Shown here: piece after piece, positions 1-13,800 of the stretch
Layout: each line of letters starts with the position of its first letter
Position numbering within the stretch: the stretch's first letter is position 1
From: Octopus bimaculoides
Taxonomy: Eukaryota
DNA length: 64,000 nucleotides
Direction: 5' to 3'
Assembly (NCBI RefSeq): GCF_001194135.2
Contig: NC_068981.1
Coordinates: 35,519,358 to 35,583,357 of the forward strand
Program-made: the position numbers and the translations under genes
Notes under the pieces: generated by a model
Told to the model about the DNA's origin: nothing
The model's input: the letters and a program-made list of their open reading frames with translations, nothing else
Databases searched by the model: none

Positions 1-191
1 ACTTGCTTCAGTCATTGGGCTGGGCCATGCTGGAGCGTTGCTTCGAAGGATTTTAGTGAATGTGAATTGACCCCCAGTACTTATTTTTTTATAAGCTTGG
101 TACTTATTCTATCAGTCCATTTTGCTGAACCGCTAAGTTATGGGGACTGTAAATACATCAACACCAGTTGTCATGCAGCTTTCACGCGTGT

Positions 192-227
<36 letters not shown>

Positions 228-340
228 TTCATTTACCAAATCCACTCACAAGGTTTTGGTTGGCCTGAAACTATAGTAGAAGACACTTGCTCAGGGAAAC
301 ATGTGGCCGGGAAGCAAACTTCTTACCACACAGCCATGCC
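1..340 (-). mobile_element. tRNA-derived SINE-like family B copy (composite, with CA microsatellite)
   Basis: Reverse complement of the consensus seen at 5526-5700 and 6380-6600. Confidence 0.75.
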
Positions 341-667
341 TAATTTAAAAATAAAAAACAATTTATCACATCATTTATCTTTATGATTCCAGAGAAAATG
401 AAAGTTTATTTTAACCCATAAATTTCAATCAGCATTCAGCTTATTTAGTTTGCTATTGTGGTTGCTCTTATAGAAATTTAATGTTGCATTTCAAATTGAA
501 CTGATAGAATGGCTTCACCTCAAATTGACTTGAGATTTGATACTCCTGTTGGGAACTTATCCATGAAGACTGTGTCATGGACAAATTTAATGGAGCAGTT
601 TTTATCTCATTCAGTATATGGTTCCACATCAAAAATACTTTTCCATTCAAACCATAATCACGTTGCC

Positions 668-671
<4 letters not shown>

Positions 672-723
<52 letters not shown>
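672..723. repeat. (CA)n microsatellite
   Basis: Direct reading. Confidence 0.97.
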
Positions 724-727
<4 letters not shown>

Positions 728-1567
728 TTCCATATATGAAAAATCATGTTATAGTGTTAGATTTTTTGTTGCTATTTGTTACATGGCAATTTTCTTGAAA
801 TATGATTGTGTATGTGTACACATACGCACACACATGTACACACACTCTTTTCAATACATGAAAAATCATGTTATTGTGATAGCTGTTTTTTATTTGTGCC
901 TATTGTCACATGATATTTTTCTCAACATAGTAACCAGTAGCATATAGCAGTAAATATAGTAATTATATGCATGCAAGGACAAGGAGCATATGCATGCATG
1001 CACACATTCAATATTAGCATGTCACATGACTACATGTTTGCTTACTAAAATGTGAGGAATAGTCATAAATAAAGTTATGATTTTAATATTTTAATAGAAA
1101 ATTAACAAAAAGACATGAGTTGACCAGTGTTTTTTTTTCTATGACTAATTTTCATTAAGCATATTTTTCATTTAAATAAAAAAAAAAATTATCTGTACAT
1201 GTTGTGTTTGATTAACATGAATGTAAATCAATGTTTACCTACCATATAGGTGACATTGGGACATAGCCTTTGTGATATTATTGTGATAAACAATATCAAC
1301 TATTTTTGGTGAACTAGAACTAGAACAGAACTTCTTTTTTAATGTATATGGCACAGGCATTGCTGTGTGCTTCCCAATCACATCATTCCTGATTCACTCC
1401 CACTGGTGGCCAAGGTGGCACCCTGGGCATGTGTCTTCTACTATAGCCCTGGGTCAACTAAAGCTTTGCAAGTGCATTTGGTAGAAGGAAACTGAAAGAA
1501 ACTAGGTGTGTGTGTGTGTGCATGCATGCGTGCATGTATGTTACTGTCTCCTGGCCTTGATGTTGTA

Positions 1568-1740
1568 TCATCATCATCATCATCATCATCGTTTAACGTC
1601 CGCTTTCCATGCTAGCATGGGTTGGACGATTTGACTGAGGACTGGTGAAACCGGATGGCAACACCAGGCTCCAGTCTGATTTGGCAGAGTTTCTACAGCT
1701 GGATGCCCTTCCTAACGCCAACCACTCAGAGAGTGTAGTA
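1568..1740 (-). mobile_element. SINE/LINE-tail family A copy with (GAT)n tail
   Basis: (CAT)n-CGTTTAACGTCCGCTTTCCATGCTAGCATGGGTTGG...GGATGCCCTTCCTAACGCCAACC, found more than 12 times in the window. Confidence 0.85.
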
Positions 1741-3219
1741 TGATATTTGTAAATGAGTGTCAATGTCATGCAAGCAGTGTCCATTTCCAGTCTTCCATGA
1801 AAGCATGTTTGGTCATGGGAAAATAATTACCTTACTTGGAAATAGGGGGAGGGTTGGTGACAGGAAGGGCATCTAGCCATTGGAAATCCATCTCAACAAA
1901 TACCATCCAAGCCATGTAAGCTTGGAATAAGTGAATGCTAAAACAGTGGTGATGATGACTGGAATAATGAATAATGAAAACACTATGGTTAGGGACGATT
2001 GAAGCTAACTTGAGAGTTTCTATTAGCTGTATCAGTTGTATTCCAGCTAAATAGTGAATGGTTTTTAGACATCTAACTGCACCAGTAGGCAATCAATACA
2101 CATACAAAGGAAATAGTATTGTTACACTAAATACATATTCTGTACTCATGAGTAACACAGCTAAAGCATACAGATTTGCTACAAATAATGTCTTATCATC
2201 TCTAATACCCCTTCATGGTAACCACACACCTATAGCATTACCAAAACTATATCTCAGTGGCTAGGTTTTCACTTTTTTAGTGTTACCCTCTTCAGATACT
2301 TCAGCCTTGAAGAATTGCTGATACTCCAAAAAAGAAATACAAGCACTTGCATATTTGGGTTGGCACTAATTACAAGCATTCATTACTCATCCCTCCCCAC
2401 TCCACCAAATGCCATCTGGATTATTAGCAGACTTTCATCAACACTAATTTGCTGATTTTCTTTTTCTCTCTTTCTCTCTCTTCAACTGGTATTGCAACTA
2501 CTTTGTTCCTCTAAATCATCAAAATGCATGATGCTCGTATCAAAAGCCTTGTTATGCTTCCATTTCTCTTATTTCTACCTACATATTGTCTTACTGACCA
2601 AAACCTACACTAAATACTTGACACTACCTTTTCTTCCCAGATTTACCATTATCTGGAATTTTCCCCCTGCATATTTTCCTTGTGAAGTAGAACATCAGAC
2701 AAATTAACTTCATCAATTTCACATGTCAATGACGGTACCTTTATCATCCAAATTGTCTTCAAATCACACTCTACCATTCTCAAAAGAAAAACAAAAAACA
2801 ATATATTGGATAATATAGTCTGAAATACTCCTAAAAAGATGCGATGGACATGGGTGGATTTCCTCTAATCATAGGTTTACTCAATCAGAACTGAATTGAG
2901 GCTAAACAACAAATACCATCTCATAAATTTGAGTGAGTCTTCAAAGATAATGGGTGCTGTCCATCTTTTTTGAATGAGCTGCTTGTATTTTAGGAACAAG
3001 GCCAACAATTTTGAAGTAAGGGGGTTAGTTGATTACATCAACCCCAAGTACTTCATTCTATTAACTCCTGCAAAATGAAAGCCAAGTTGACCTTGGTAGG
3101 ATTTGAATTCTGATTTACTTCCACCAACTGGTGATAGTATAAGTCTAAGTGTGTCTTTGTTATCAGCCGATAGTTCAAGCATTCAAGCTATACTTGATGC
3201 AAAAAGCTTTACTGAAAAT

Positions 3220-3440
3220 GCTCAAGTAAAACAGTAAACTCCAGGAAAACAAATGATTGCTTGCATCAGCAAATAATAATCAGAAAAAATAAATTTTGTG
3301 GTTGATAATTCACTGAAGGAAGCACAACTCAGTATTAGTCAGTTGATTACAATGCTGAGTGACAGTTGTGCCAGAGTTTTATCAGCAGTCTGTTAGGTTT
3401 TGGATACAGAAGTTGTAGAAAGAAGATATTAAAAAAACAA
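3220..3440 (+). mobile_element. Possible highly degenerate Tc1/mariner transposase fragment
   Basis: VDNSLKEAQLSISQL...LGFGYRSC loosely resembles mariner HTH residues leading to LGYRKVCARWVP; several stops. Confidence 0.3.
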
Positions 3441-3599
3441 GAGCACAAACCTCTGCCAATGCAACACCGTCTTCTCAATAATTAGCCAGAGATGATTTTT
3501 AAAATGAGAATATCTGAAATAAACTCAACTGCTCTCACAAATGAGAATACTAAAAATGAACCTGACCGCTCTCAAAAATTAAGTTTAAAAAAAAAAAAA

Positions 3600-3800
3600 A
3601 CAGGAAAAATAATCCAGAATCCTTGTCCAGTACCAGGTCGATCCCAAAATCTAATCAATTCATGTCAGTCACGAGGCCAAACATCCCTGAAAGTTTCATC
3701 CAAATCCATCCAGTGGTTCTTGAGATATCTTGTCCACAGACAAACAAACATACATAACTGAAAACAATACCTCTGCCTTCACTTAGATGGAGGTAAAAAA
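3600..3800 (+). mobile_element. DINE-1/Helentron-like non-autonomous element
   Basis: AAAGTTTCATCCAAATCCATCCAGTGGTTCTTGAGATATC core, (ACAR)n microsatellite, terminal ACCTC...GAGGT stem-loop. Confidence 0.45.
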
Positions 3801-4269
3801 GATCCAGTTCAAAGATTTGCTACCTTGCTTGCAATGGTTTCTTCATATTCAGGGCATTAAATTATCTTGTTTATCTTGCAAAAAGACTTTCCAGTATCGG
3901 AGTATGGGCCCTGTTTTTCTACCATATAATACTTATAATTGCAATGAGGAATCAAAAGCTTATATTAATCTCTGGCATTGTTTGTATGGATAGTGACTTT
4001 GCTTTTATTCAGCGCACAATGTTAAGACAGTGACAAGACACAAATTCATAAGCATGCATACAACACATACAATGTCATTGAGGGAAACTCTTCCATGCTT
4101 GCATGGATCAGACAGAATTTGTCGAGGCAGATTTTCTGCAGTTGGATGCTCTTGCTGTTGCCAATCCTCACCTGTTTTTAAGCAAGGTAACATTTCTCCA
4201 TGGCTGGTTATGTTCTCATGGAAAACTGAAAGTAAGAGATACCACTTATAAAGTGAAGATGTATCTTTT

Positions 4270-4770
4270 AACTTATACTTGTTTCAGTCATTAGAATGTG
4301 GCCATGCTGGAGCACCACTATGGAGAATTTTTGAATGAATTTACCCTGGTACTTAATTTTGTTAAGCCTGGTACCTATTCTATTGATCTTTTTTGCCAAA
4401 CTGCTACATTACAGAGATGTAAACACACCAACACCAGTTGTCAAGTGGTGGTGGGGAAACGCACGAAGGCACGTATACACACACATATAAATACATATGA
4501 TGAGCTTCTTTCAGTTTCCATCTACCAAATCCACTCATCAGACTTTGATCAGTCCAAGGCTATAGTAGAAGACACTTGCCCAAGGTGCCACACAGTGGAA
4601 CTGAACCCAGAACCATGTGGATGGGAAACAGGCTTCTTAACCACACATCCATGCTGTTTTGATCAGCCTGGGACTATAATAGAAGACACCCAAGGTGCAC
4701 CCACATAACAGGACTGAACCTGAAACCACATGGTTGGGAAGCAAACTTCTTAACCATACTCCCATACCTG
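4270..4770 (-). mobile_element. Family B copy with duplicated 5' part
   Basis: GACTATAGTAGAAGACACTTGCCCAAGGTGCC...GAACCATGTGG appears twice. Confidence 0.75.
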
Positions 4771-5525
4771 CACATATTCAAACATTAAAAGTTAAAATTC
4801 CAAAAGTAGAGCACATTAATGTAACAATATTCTTTTCTTTCATTTCAGTTTGCCAAGTTAGATTCGGTTTTTAACTTTTGACAATGCTAGCATCTATAAA
4901 ATGTTTACATGTACACCCACACACCCACCTTGTTTTACTTTTCATGTGTCATTCCATGTAAATTACTTTATATATTGTTAGTGTGTCTGTGTGCAAACAA
5001 AAGTCCCGAGGAATTTGTTTTGAATAAACTCATTCATTCATTTTGCAGTTGTTTTCCATGCTTTCATCGGTTGGTTTGATTGAAGCTTATTTGAGGCACC
5101 ATTTTACAGCTTTTCCTGTCATCAGCTCTTATCTGTTTTTCATGCAGAGGATTCTTTTTTATTCCATTAGTCCTCAAAAGTGCAGGAAAACCATAACAGT
5201 TGGAATGTTAACATTAGTATGTGCATGTGTGTGGGTGCATACAAACACACCCGCACATGCACATATGCATACATGCATGCACACACATTCACGATTGGCG
5301 TCCATATGGTTTTTGTCTACCATTTTCACTCACAAGGCATTTGTTGACCCAAGGCTCTAATAGAAGAAAGACAGTTGTCCGAGGTGGTGTCATGTAGTGA
5401 GATAGAACTTTGAATTCATGTGTTTGCAAAGCAAACTCCACATTTACATAACCATGCTTGATGTGTATGTGAAATCATGTACATTATGTTTAATAAGCAT
5501 ATTTAGTGTTGTTATGAAATATTTA

Positions 5526-5681
5526 GGCATGACTATGTGGTAAGAAGCTTGCTTCTCAACCACATGGTTCTGGGTTCAGTCCCACGGCATGGCATCTTGG
5601 GCAAGTGTCTTCTACTATAGCCTCAGGCCGACCAAAGCCTTGTAAATGGATTTAGTAGATGGAAACTGAAAGAAACCCACC

Positions 5682-5700
<19 letters not shown>
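5526..5700 (+). mobile_element. Family B 5' part (tRNA-like head)
   Basis: GGCATGACTATGTGGTAAGAAGCTTGCTT...GGGTTCAGTCCCA with degenerate A/B boxes, then GGGCAAGTGTCTTCTACTATAGCC. Confidence 0.8.
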
Positions 5701-5717
<17 letters not shown>

Positions 5718-5927
5718 TGTGGAAGGATACCCCCCCCCCCCAAGTGACTGAAAGTGGACCGTCTCATTGCTATAAAACAACTGTGAGCAATTGGCAGTTT
5801 GTGTTGGTAGCAGTTCACTGTGGGCCTTTGATATAGAGCATTCAGTCTCATGTAATAGTAATGTGTTATGTATATATTTTCCTCCCTACTACTTTGTTAT
5901 ATTATCCAATACAAGGATATATATATA

Positions 5928-6293
5928 TCATCATCATTGTTTAACGTCCGCTTTCCATGCTAGCATGGGTTGGACAATTTGACTGAGGACTGGCGAACCA
6001 GATAGCTGCACCAGGCTCCAATCTGATCTGGCAGAGTTTCTACAGCTGGACACCCTTCCTAACGCCAACCACTCCTAGGGCCAGTCAGGCGGTACTGGCA
6101 ACAGCCACGCTCAAATGGTGTTTTTTTTACATGTCACCTGTACAGGAGCCAATCCAGCGGCACTGGCAATGATCTCACTCGAATGTTTTTTCACATGCCA
6201 CCGGCACAAGTGCCAGTAAGGCGACACTGGTAACAATCACGCTCAAATGGTGCTATTTACGTGCCACCGGCACGGAAGTCAGACAGCTGCTCT

Positions 6294-6297
<4 letters not shown>
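5928..6297 (-). mobile_element. Family A copy with degenerate internal tandem repeats
   Basis: Same consensus as 1568-1740, followed by GGCACTGGCAACG-type repeats. Confidence 0.85.

Positions 6298-6378
<81 letters not shown>
6297..6378. repeat. (TA)n microsatellite
   Basis: Direct reading. Confidence 0.97.
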
Positions 6379-6379
<1 letters not shown>

Positions 6380-6380
<1 letters not shown>

Positions 6381-6600
6381 ATATGTTTGTGTCTGTTTTT
6401 ATTCCCCCATTATCGCTTGACAACTGGTGTTGGTGTATTTATGTCCCCGTAACTTAGCAGTTTGGCAAAGAGAACGATAGAATAAGTACTAGGCTTAAAA
6501 ATAAGTCCTGGGGTGGAATTATTTGACCAAAAACACTTCAAAGTAGTGCTCCAGCATGGCTGCAGTCAAATGACTGAAACAAGTAAAAGAATAAAAGAAT
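6380..6600 (+). mobile_element. Family B 3' part with AAAAGAAT tail
   Basis: ...GTGCTCCAGCATGGCTGCAGTCAAATGACTGAAACAAGTAAAAGAATAAAAGAAT. Confidence 0.8.
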
Positions 6601-6615
6601 ATGAAATGATTCCAG

Positions 6616-6922
6616 CAGTGGTTCTCAACCATCTTTAATCTACAGACTCTTTTGATTTCTATTTTATGTTGGTTGACCCCCATAACTTTTCAATGTTTAA
6701 AAGCTAAGTTTATAGATACTTCTTTTAAAGTTCCTATTTTGTTTATCACACATTAACTTGTGTAGGTTGAGCTGTGTAAAATGTCAAGGAAAGAAACCTA
6801 TCCATTCCTTGCAATACACACATCTAAAGTAAAATTTTTTCATGGATCCAATTTATTATTTTGCTTATAAAATCTTATATGGATCCCCCAAATCTTATAC
6901 AGACCCTAGTTGAGAACCACTG
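6616..6922. mobile_element. Non-autonomous hAT-type MITE
   Basis: 14-bp perfect TIRs CAGTGGTTCTCAAC (6616-6629) and GTTGAGAACCACTG (6909-6922); 8-bp TSD GATTCCAG / GATTACAG (7 of 8 match). Confidence 0.85.
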
Positions 6923-7716
6923 GATTACAGAATCTTTGGTAGCATGAGAGATCAGCCCACTAAGTCTCATTGTAGTCTACTTACTTCAACTACTCGCTAC
7001 CTAAGTTAATGAAGAGTAAATTTCTTTGTGAAAAATATTAATAAATTATTAGTGATGTAATGTCATTTACATGAACAAGTTTCATGAGCAGGTTTTACAA
7101 CCTTGTTTTAAAGAAATGTACAGGTGCGAGTGTGATTGTGTGGTTAGGAACTAGCTTCCCAATCACATCCTCCTGAGTTCAGTCCCACTGAGTGAAACCT
7201 TGAGCAAGTGTCTTCTTCTATAGCCTCAGGCTGACCCAGGCTTTGTGAGTGAATTTGGTAGATGGAAACTGAAAGAAACCCATAATATATGTGTGTGTCT
7301 TCGTATCTGTTTTTGTCCCCCACTGCTGCTTAACAATTGGTGTTGGTGTGTTTTACAGACATCCCTGTAACATTACCAGAATGTATTGAGAATGAATAGA
7401 TGCTGTTTTCTGCATGTACCCCATGAATTATTAAAGCTGTTGGTATTTCTGTTAATTAAACCCAGTCATTGGACCTGGCGTAGTAAATCACATTACACCT
7501 TAAACAGATTGTTTACATTTTTGTTAAGATTTACTCTTAGCAACTTTGGTGACTGGAAATGGAGGTAAGTGACTCCGGTGAATCTTACGGCAAAATAAGT
7601 GTCAGTTGCTCACTTTATGCTTAGCTACTGAAGATTGTGGCCTGCTTACAGTACATTTTCATATACAAACTGAATATATGTTTATTAAACACTGTATGTG
7701 ATTTCATAAGCGCATA

Positions 7717-7718
<2 letters not shown>

Positions 7719-7813
<95 letters not shown>

Positions 7814-7852
7814 ATATATATATATATATATACACACACACATACACACACC
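7719..7852. repeat. Compound (TG)n(TA)n(CA)n microsatellite
   Basis: Direct reading. Confidence 0.97.
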
Positions 7853-10231
7853 ACGTAATAAATAATGAGAAGGTGATATTAACTTGATAGTAATATAAAA
7901 AGTTAGACCAGTCAAGTTAAAGTTTGCTTTTCCTATATTTATCTTTTTCGTTTTGTTACTAAGGGATTATTTCCACTTGAAGGAATACAGATCTATTTTG
8001 TTTGTGTATAAATAAATTATTAGCATTGCTTGTGAGTGACTTAAAGAAAGTAGACAGAAAGGTCAATGCTCTTCTCTTTACATCACACAGCAGCACTTGA
8101 CAAACTTACTGACAATGATAACTCTGTGTTTTCTCCATAGATATCAATATCAGTGAGTGCTGGCTAATGGAATGTTGTTAAAGGCTTTTATGATATGCCA
8201 TAATCAAATTTTTTATTTTATTTATTTTATTTATTTGTTAGGTTTCATTCAGGCTGACAGTTTTATGAAAGACAGCGCTAACTGCGATTATTATTTCTTG
8301 TAAAATTAATTTTGAAAGAATAAAAAATTTGGAAGGATTTAATAAAACAGCTAGCATCTTCATTATTAAATTTGTGTTTGGAACAGAACGTAGCAAAAGA
8401 GCTTTCGCATAGGATATTAGTAGGAAATTTTTATTTAAATATAAACATGTTAAAACCAGTTGTTTTGTAATATAAAACTAGAACTCTGGCAAATTGGTAA
8501 CAAAAGAGTTAAAGAATTACATGAAACATATATGTGAAGAAAGTCTCTTTTATAAAAAAACTCCATTTGACTGTGACTTTTTGCTCAATGTATATTACCC
8601 TTGTAATTTATTGATAGACTTTGTTTTCATGTGGTTCTTTCCAATTGTCAGTGGTGGGAATACAATTAGTTCTTAATCCTTTTAGTTAGGGTACTATACA
8701 ACATATGTGAAGCTGTGTAGCTTGTGGTTAGGCTGTTGCACTCAAGATCACCAGATAGTGGGTTCAATTCCCTGATCAGGTGGCATGTTGTGTTCTTGAG
8801 AGCGAAACACATCATTTCACATTGCTCCAGTCTCCTTTCTGATCAGGGAGGAATGTTGGCCTGCTTGCCTAGCCAGCAGCATGGATGCAAAAGTGCATTG
8901 TGACCAGTGATGTGTTACAATATCTGATAGCCTCGTTGGTCACGGCCCATGTTTCACTGCCATGTAGCATGGCTGTTCATACACAATATCTATATCTATA
9001 TTGCTGAGTTTGTGAGTGTGTGTGTGTGTGTTGCATCTATAGAAATCCACACCTTACAAGATAGCAATCTGGGAGTCGCACCAATTGGATTCCTCATGGT
9101 TGAAAATGCCCGGAATCGGTTATTTGTTTTTTTTTTTTTTTCGGTGCTTCCTAACACGTGAATTTTTGCATTAAAAATAATTTTAAACCATAAATTCTAA
9201 CAAGTTTCAAGTCGCCATTATTTGCAAACATGAGTTCAGTCCCCTTCTAGCGACGATGTAAAGAGAGAGAGAGCGTGAACTGCACAAGCTTTAAGCTTAT
9301 ATAAAAATACCATTATTATTATTTACAGGATTGTAACATACGCCACCCTATAATAAAGCCATTCGCACCAAAAGCATATATGTATATATATGCTTACTAT
9401 AGCCTCAGGCTGAACAAAATCTTGAGTGGATTTCTTACTCGGAAACTGAGAGAAGACTGTCGTATATATGTGTATATTTGTATATGTGTGTGCCTGTATC
9501 TTGGGTTTCTACCCCCACCATTGCTTGACAACTGATGTTGCTGTGTTTACATTCCTGTAACTTAGCGGTTTGGTAAAAGACACTGACACAATGAGTACTA
9601 GGCTTACAAAGAATAAACCCTGTGGTTGATTTCTTCGACGAACGGCGGTGCTCCACCATGGCCGCAGTCACATGACAGAAACAAGTAAAGGAATAAAATC
9701 TATGCCATTTTCATCCCGAGCAAGGCCGAGTATCTCTGCTAGTATATATATATAGTATGTGTTTGTTTAACATATATGTATATATATATATATAGTATGT
9801 GTTTGTATAACATACGTACCTCACATTTATCTTGTGACTGCTTTGTGACCTCACTGGTGTTGGTGCCACATAAAAAGCACCCAGTGCATTCTGTTTGGTG
9901 GATGGTGCTAGGAAGGGTATCCAGCCATAAAAACCACGCCAAAGCAGTTATAGAACCTGGTGGAAACCTCTGGCTCATCTGTTCTTGTCAAACCATCCAA
10001 CCTATGCCAGTATAGGAAAGGGGATGTTAAATCATGATGATGATAAACATGCACATGTGTTGTATATATGTGTGTGTGTGTCATGTGCATGTGCATCTGT
10101 GAGTGTTTATATAATATTTCTCTTCAGTCAAACTCTCATTGACACTTTTAGTTCCACTTGGAAAAGAAGTGAGGGTGAAGAGTGGAGATCCCTCTCTCTC
10201 TCTCCTTCCCTCCTTCCCCCTCTCTCCAGTC

Positions 10232-10460
10232 ATCATCATCCTCGTCATCAACAGCATTTAATGGCCATTTTCCATACTGGCATTGGCTGGATGGCTTCAC
10301 AGGAATTTGCAAGGCCAGCGGCTGCACCAGGTCCCATAGCCTGTTTTGGCTTGGTTTCTACAGTTGGATGCCCTTCCTAACACCAACTTCTCTACAGAGT
10401 GTACTGGGTGCTTTTTACATGGCAGCAGCACCAGTGCTTTTTATGTGGCGCCATCATCCA
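10232..10460 (-). mobile_element. Family A-related copy
   Basis: CATCATC...TTTAATGGCCATTTTCCATACTGGCATTGG...GGATGCCCTTCCTAACACCAAC. Confidence 0.7.
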
Positions 10461-11307
10461 CACCGATGTTTTTCATATGGTACCTTGGTTTTAGTATCTC
10501 AGTTCTGTTGTGGGTGGGTCTTCTCGAGTACAGCAGTGTGCCACATATCTCAATTCTCTGTTATCTCCTTTGTGAATTTCTCAAAAAGTAACTCTGGCAA
10601 AAATGGTTAGAGTGAAAGGACCTACTCTAAGCTTGCACCTATAGATTGGAGAACAATTGTTAGATGAGGCCTTCATGCTTAGAGTGGTCTCAAATCTGTA
10701 GTGTTCCTTGATTGACTCTAGTTGAAGGCTTTTCTATTATCAGTAGGACTGCATTATAAATGTGTTCATATATTTTGTGTATTATGTATACTTTTATCTC
10801 ATTTCTCCATTCCTTTCCTTTTTTTTCCCTCATCTTTTATGTAAACCCCACACAAATTGTAATCTGTCCTTGTAATGTCTCCCTCATCTAATGCTGCGAT
10901 GGCAACTTAAAGAAATTATTAAGATTCAACAAAATGACAAAATGCTTTATTGAAACAACAGGCACTAAATTAGTATACAGTAGCATTCTGTTAGTATGCA
11001 ACAGCATTAATTAGTATGCAACATCAATTTGTATCTAATTAATGTAATTTGTTCCACATTTTCCTTGATCATGTGGTTATTTAGAATTATTTTGTATCAG
11101 CAGAATTATTCACACATTTAAAAACTGCAAATTTTTGGTTTGATGACAAAAATAAAAATAAATATATAATGGAATAGAAAGGAATAGAAGAGTAACAGTA
11201 GAACCCCCAAAAAACAAACTAAACTTACAAAAGACCTTTATAACCTCCCCCTTTCTTTGGAATCAGAGGGCGGTGGTGGGGAAAGGATGGGGATATAAGT
11301 ATTTACC

Positions 11308-11345
<38 letters not shown>

Positions 11346-11750
11346 TAAATGAGTAAATGCATATATACGTACAGGTATGTGCATACCGACATCCACCTGT
11401 ATGTATAGGTGCATATCTGGGTACAGGACATTGCAAACAAAACGTAGACGATATTCATTCATTCATTCAAGCTGGCTGTTGGGGAGGTATATTTAATTTT
11501 TGAACTGGGTTTAAAAATAAACCTGCCTAACCCTGTTCAGGTTATTTGGTACAGTTTTTTTTACCAGGAAGAGATTTCCTCTGCCTGTTTGTTTGTCATA
11601 GGACAATCTCTGCACCTGACTGTGTGCTAATGTTTTCTGTCAGTCACTATTGTACTGGGGAAATAAAGTTGCAAATACTCTACTGACTTGTTAGATTTGC
11701 TTGAGATCTCCGAGGTTTTTTTTTTTCTTTTGCTTGATTTTGGTTTGATT

Positions 11751-11785
<35 letters not shown>

Positions 11786-13679
11786 CTGACTGGATGGGTG
11801 CTTTTTGCCTTGATAGAATGTTAACATTTATTATCCTTAACAGCAGTCAGCAATAAAACTTGTATTTTGTCATAGTCATCATTCTCTATTGTCATCATCG
11901 TTGTTGCTGGCGTCGGTGTGCAGTATTACCACTGTCGCCACCATCATCATCATCACCACCATCACCTTTTAGCTTGTAAAGTGTAGTGTGTGTGGGACAC
12001 AAAAATCTAAATGATTTCTAATAAGAGCACAAAGCCTTGGATTTTAAGGGAAGGATACAATCATTTAAATTGATACCATTATTTGACTGGTATATATTTT
12101 ATTGTCTCTCGAAGAGTGAAAGGCAGAGATGATATTCTGGTTGTGTTGTTGAATTTAGAATGTAATGGGGTTTAATTAAATTATAACAAGTCATTTACTT
12201 TACTGCCGTGTTGATTCTGCCACATAATTTCTCACATTTATGCACTGAAACTCAGATCTTTGGCTGAGGGCTACAGTTGAGTAAATTTCTTGAATATTTG
12301 ATTGATACTTTTGTTGTTGATCCTGGAAGGAAGGGAGACAAAATCCACATTTCACTTCAGACCATAAAGCAATGGCTTGTCATTCTACCTGTTCTACTAT
12401 TGATGATTTCTAGCTTATTTTTTTCATTTTTGTTTAGTCTGAGGTGAAAGAATTTTTGTAGCCCTTCCATGTTCTTCCACACATGCCATGAAGACGATGT
12501 GGTTGGTACTTGTCTTGAACTTCTGCTGTATGGAAAACATGAGCAGGGACGAATTAAATAAGGTTGCAGTTTTGGTGAGAAAGGATTGGGTGAAGCAAAG
12601 AGAATTTTGAGAATGTAACACCCAATAATTATGACAGGAAGAGAACTGAGTGAGTGTACTGAGTGTCTTGTATGAAGGTCTGATAGAGGTTGCAATTCAG
12701 TAGAGCAGGAACCAATGCAGTAAGTGTTGAGGAGACAGAGTGGGGTTATTATTTGATTCTTATTTTTCTTTAAGATATTTATGAACAATGATTTCTGGTC
12801 TAACTTTCAAAGAATAAACGAAATTGAGAATTGAAACTAGGATAAAAGTGTAGGTTTATGCTAACTAAACCTTAACCATTAGTTTGACTAGGGCAATACA
12901 GTGCACCTTACTTGAGGTGCACTAATATTGACCCAGTCTTTCTCATACAGTCACTGTGCTCTGTAGTTTTATTTGCTATTTTTTAATCATTTAAGGCACA
13001 TCTAAAACTGTTGTTATTCAACACAATATAAAACTACAATATACACAATATAAATTGCTATTCTGAACTTTGTAACTATTTCATATACAATAAACACACA
13101 TTAACTGACACTTTTAAGCCTCAGTTACTGTCTCAGTTTATTTGGGCTGTACCATTTCATGTAAGTTAACATTACACATTTATCAAATCACCTTTGAGTG
13201 CAGTATTTTCATGTACTTAGTTGAATTGTAGTAGGAATATTTAAGATTGTTATGTCTCCGCCAACTACAGTGGCAAGCATTTAAGTGGAAACTAGTTTAA
13301 TGCATCATCAGAACTGTCCCTACCCTGGCTGAAGTTTTTTATTTTTTTAAAATATTTTAAATTTTTGATATGCAAGACAATTGCTATTATGAACTGGATG
13401 AATTAAATAAAGTTCAAAGTCTAAACTTAATTACAACTGCCAGAATCATTGCAACAGGTTCATTTGTTATTCAATTCTTATTGCAAGAAAGACAATTGCC
13501 TTCTCTTTCGAAGGTGGTGAGCTGACAGAATTGCTATAACTAAATTTACTTCTAGGTGTTGGAAAGTATCCAGCAGTGATTTATATTTTAATACAATGAA
13601 AAGGTTATCATAATGCACTCATAAAAATCAGAAATAGTTAAGATTGTACAGTTCTATATTTAAGAGGTGAGGAATTATG

Positions 13680-13800
13680 TACATTATTTACATTTGACGG
13701 CTATTTGTCCTCATCTTGTTTGTTGTTAACACGTATCAGCTGATATACCTTCCAGTCTGATGAAGATGAGGACAAATATCCGTCAAATGTAAATAATGTA
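13680..13800. repeat. 38-bp inverted repeat, probable Penelope-like element terminal relic
   Basis: 13680-13717 and 13763-13800 are reverse complements with 1 mismatch; a solo copy of the left arm lies at 16604-16658. Confidence 0.7.

Noticed and set aside
468-947. ORFs with [18 protein letters not shown] or ERERER tracts (also at 6261, 7621-7915, 34231, 59302, 59849)
   Set aside because: Translations of dinucleotide microsatellites, not proteins.
4298-4708. 136-aa ORF
   Set aside because: Lies entirely within a reversed family B repeat. The same applies to 9985-10610, which overlaps a family A-related copy and low-complexity sequence.
12500-12720. SRDELNKVAVLVRKDWVKQ, faintly like a LINE endonuclease motif
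   Set aside because: Too short and stop-ridden to annotate with confidence.
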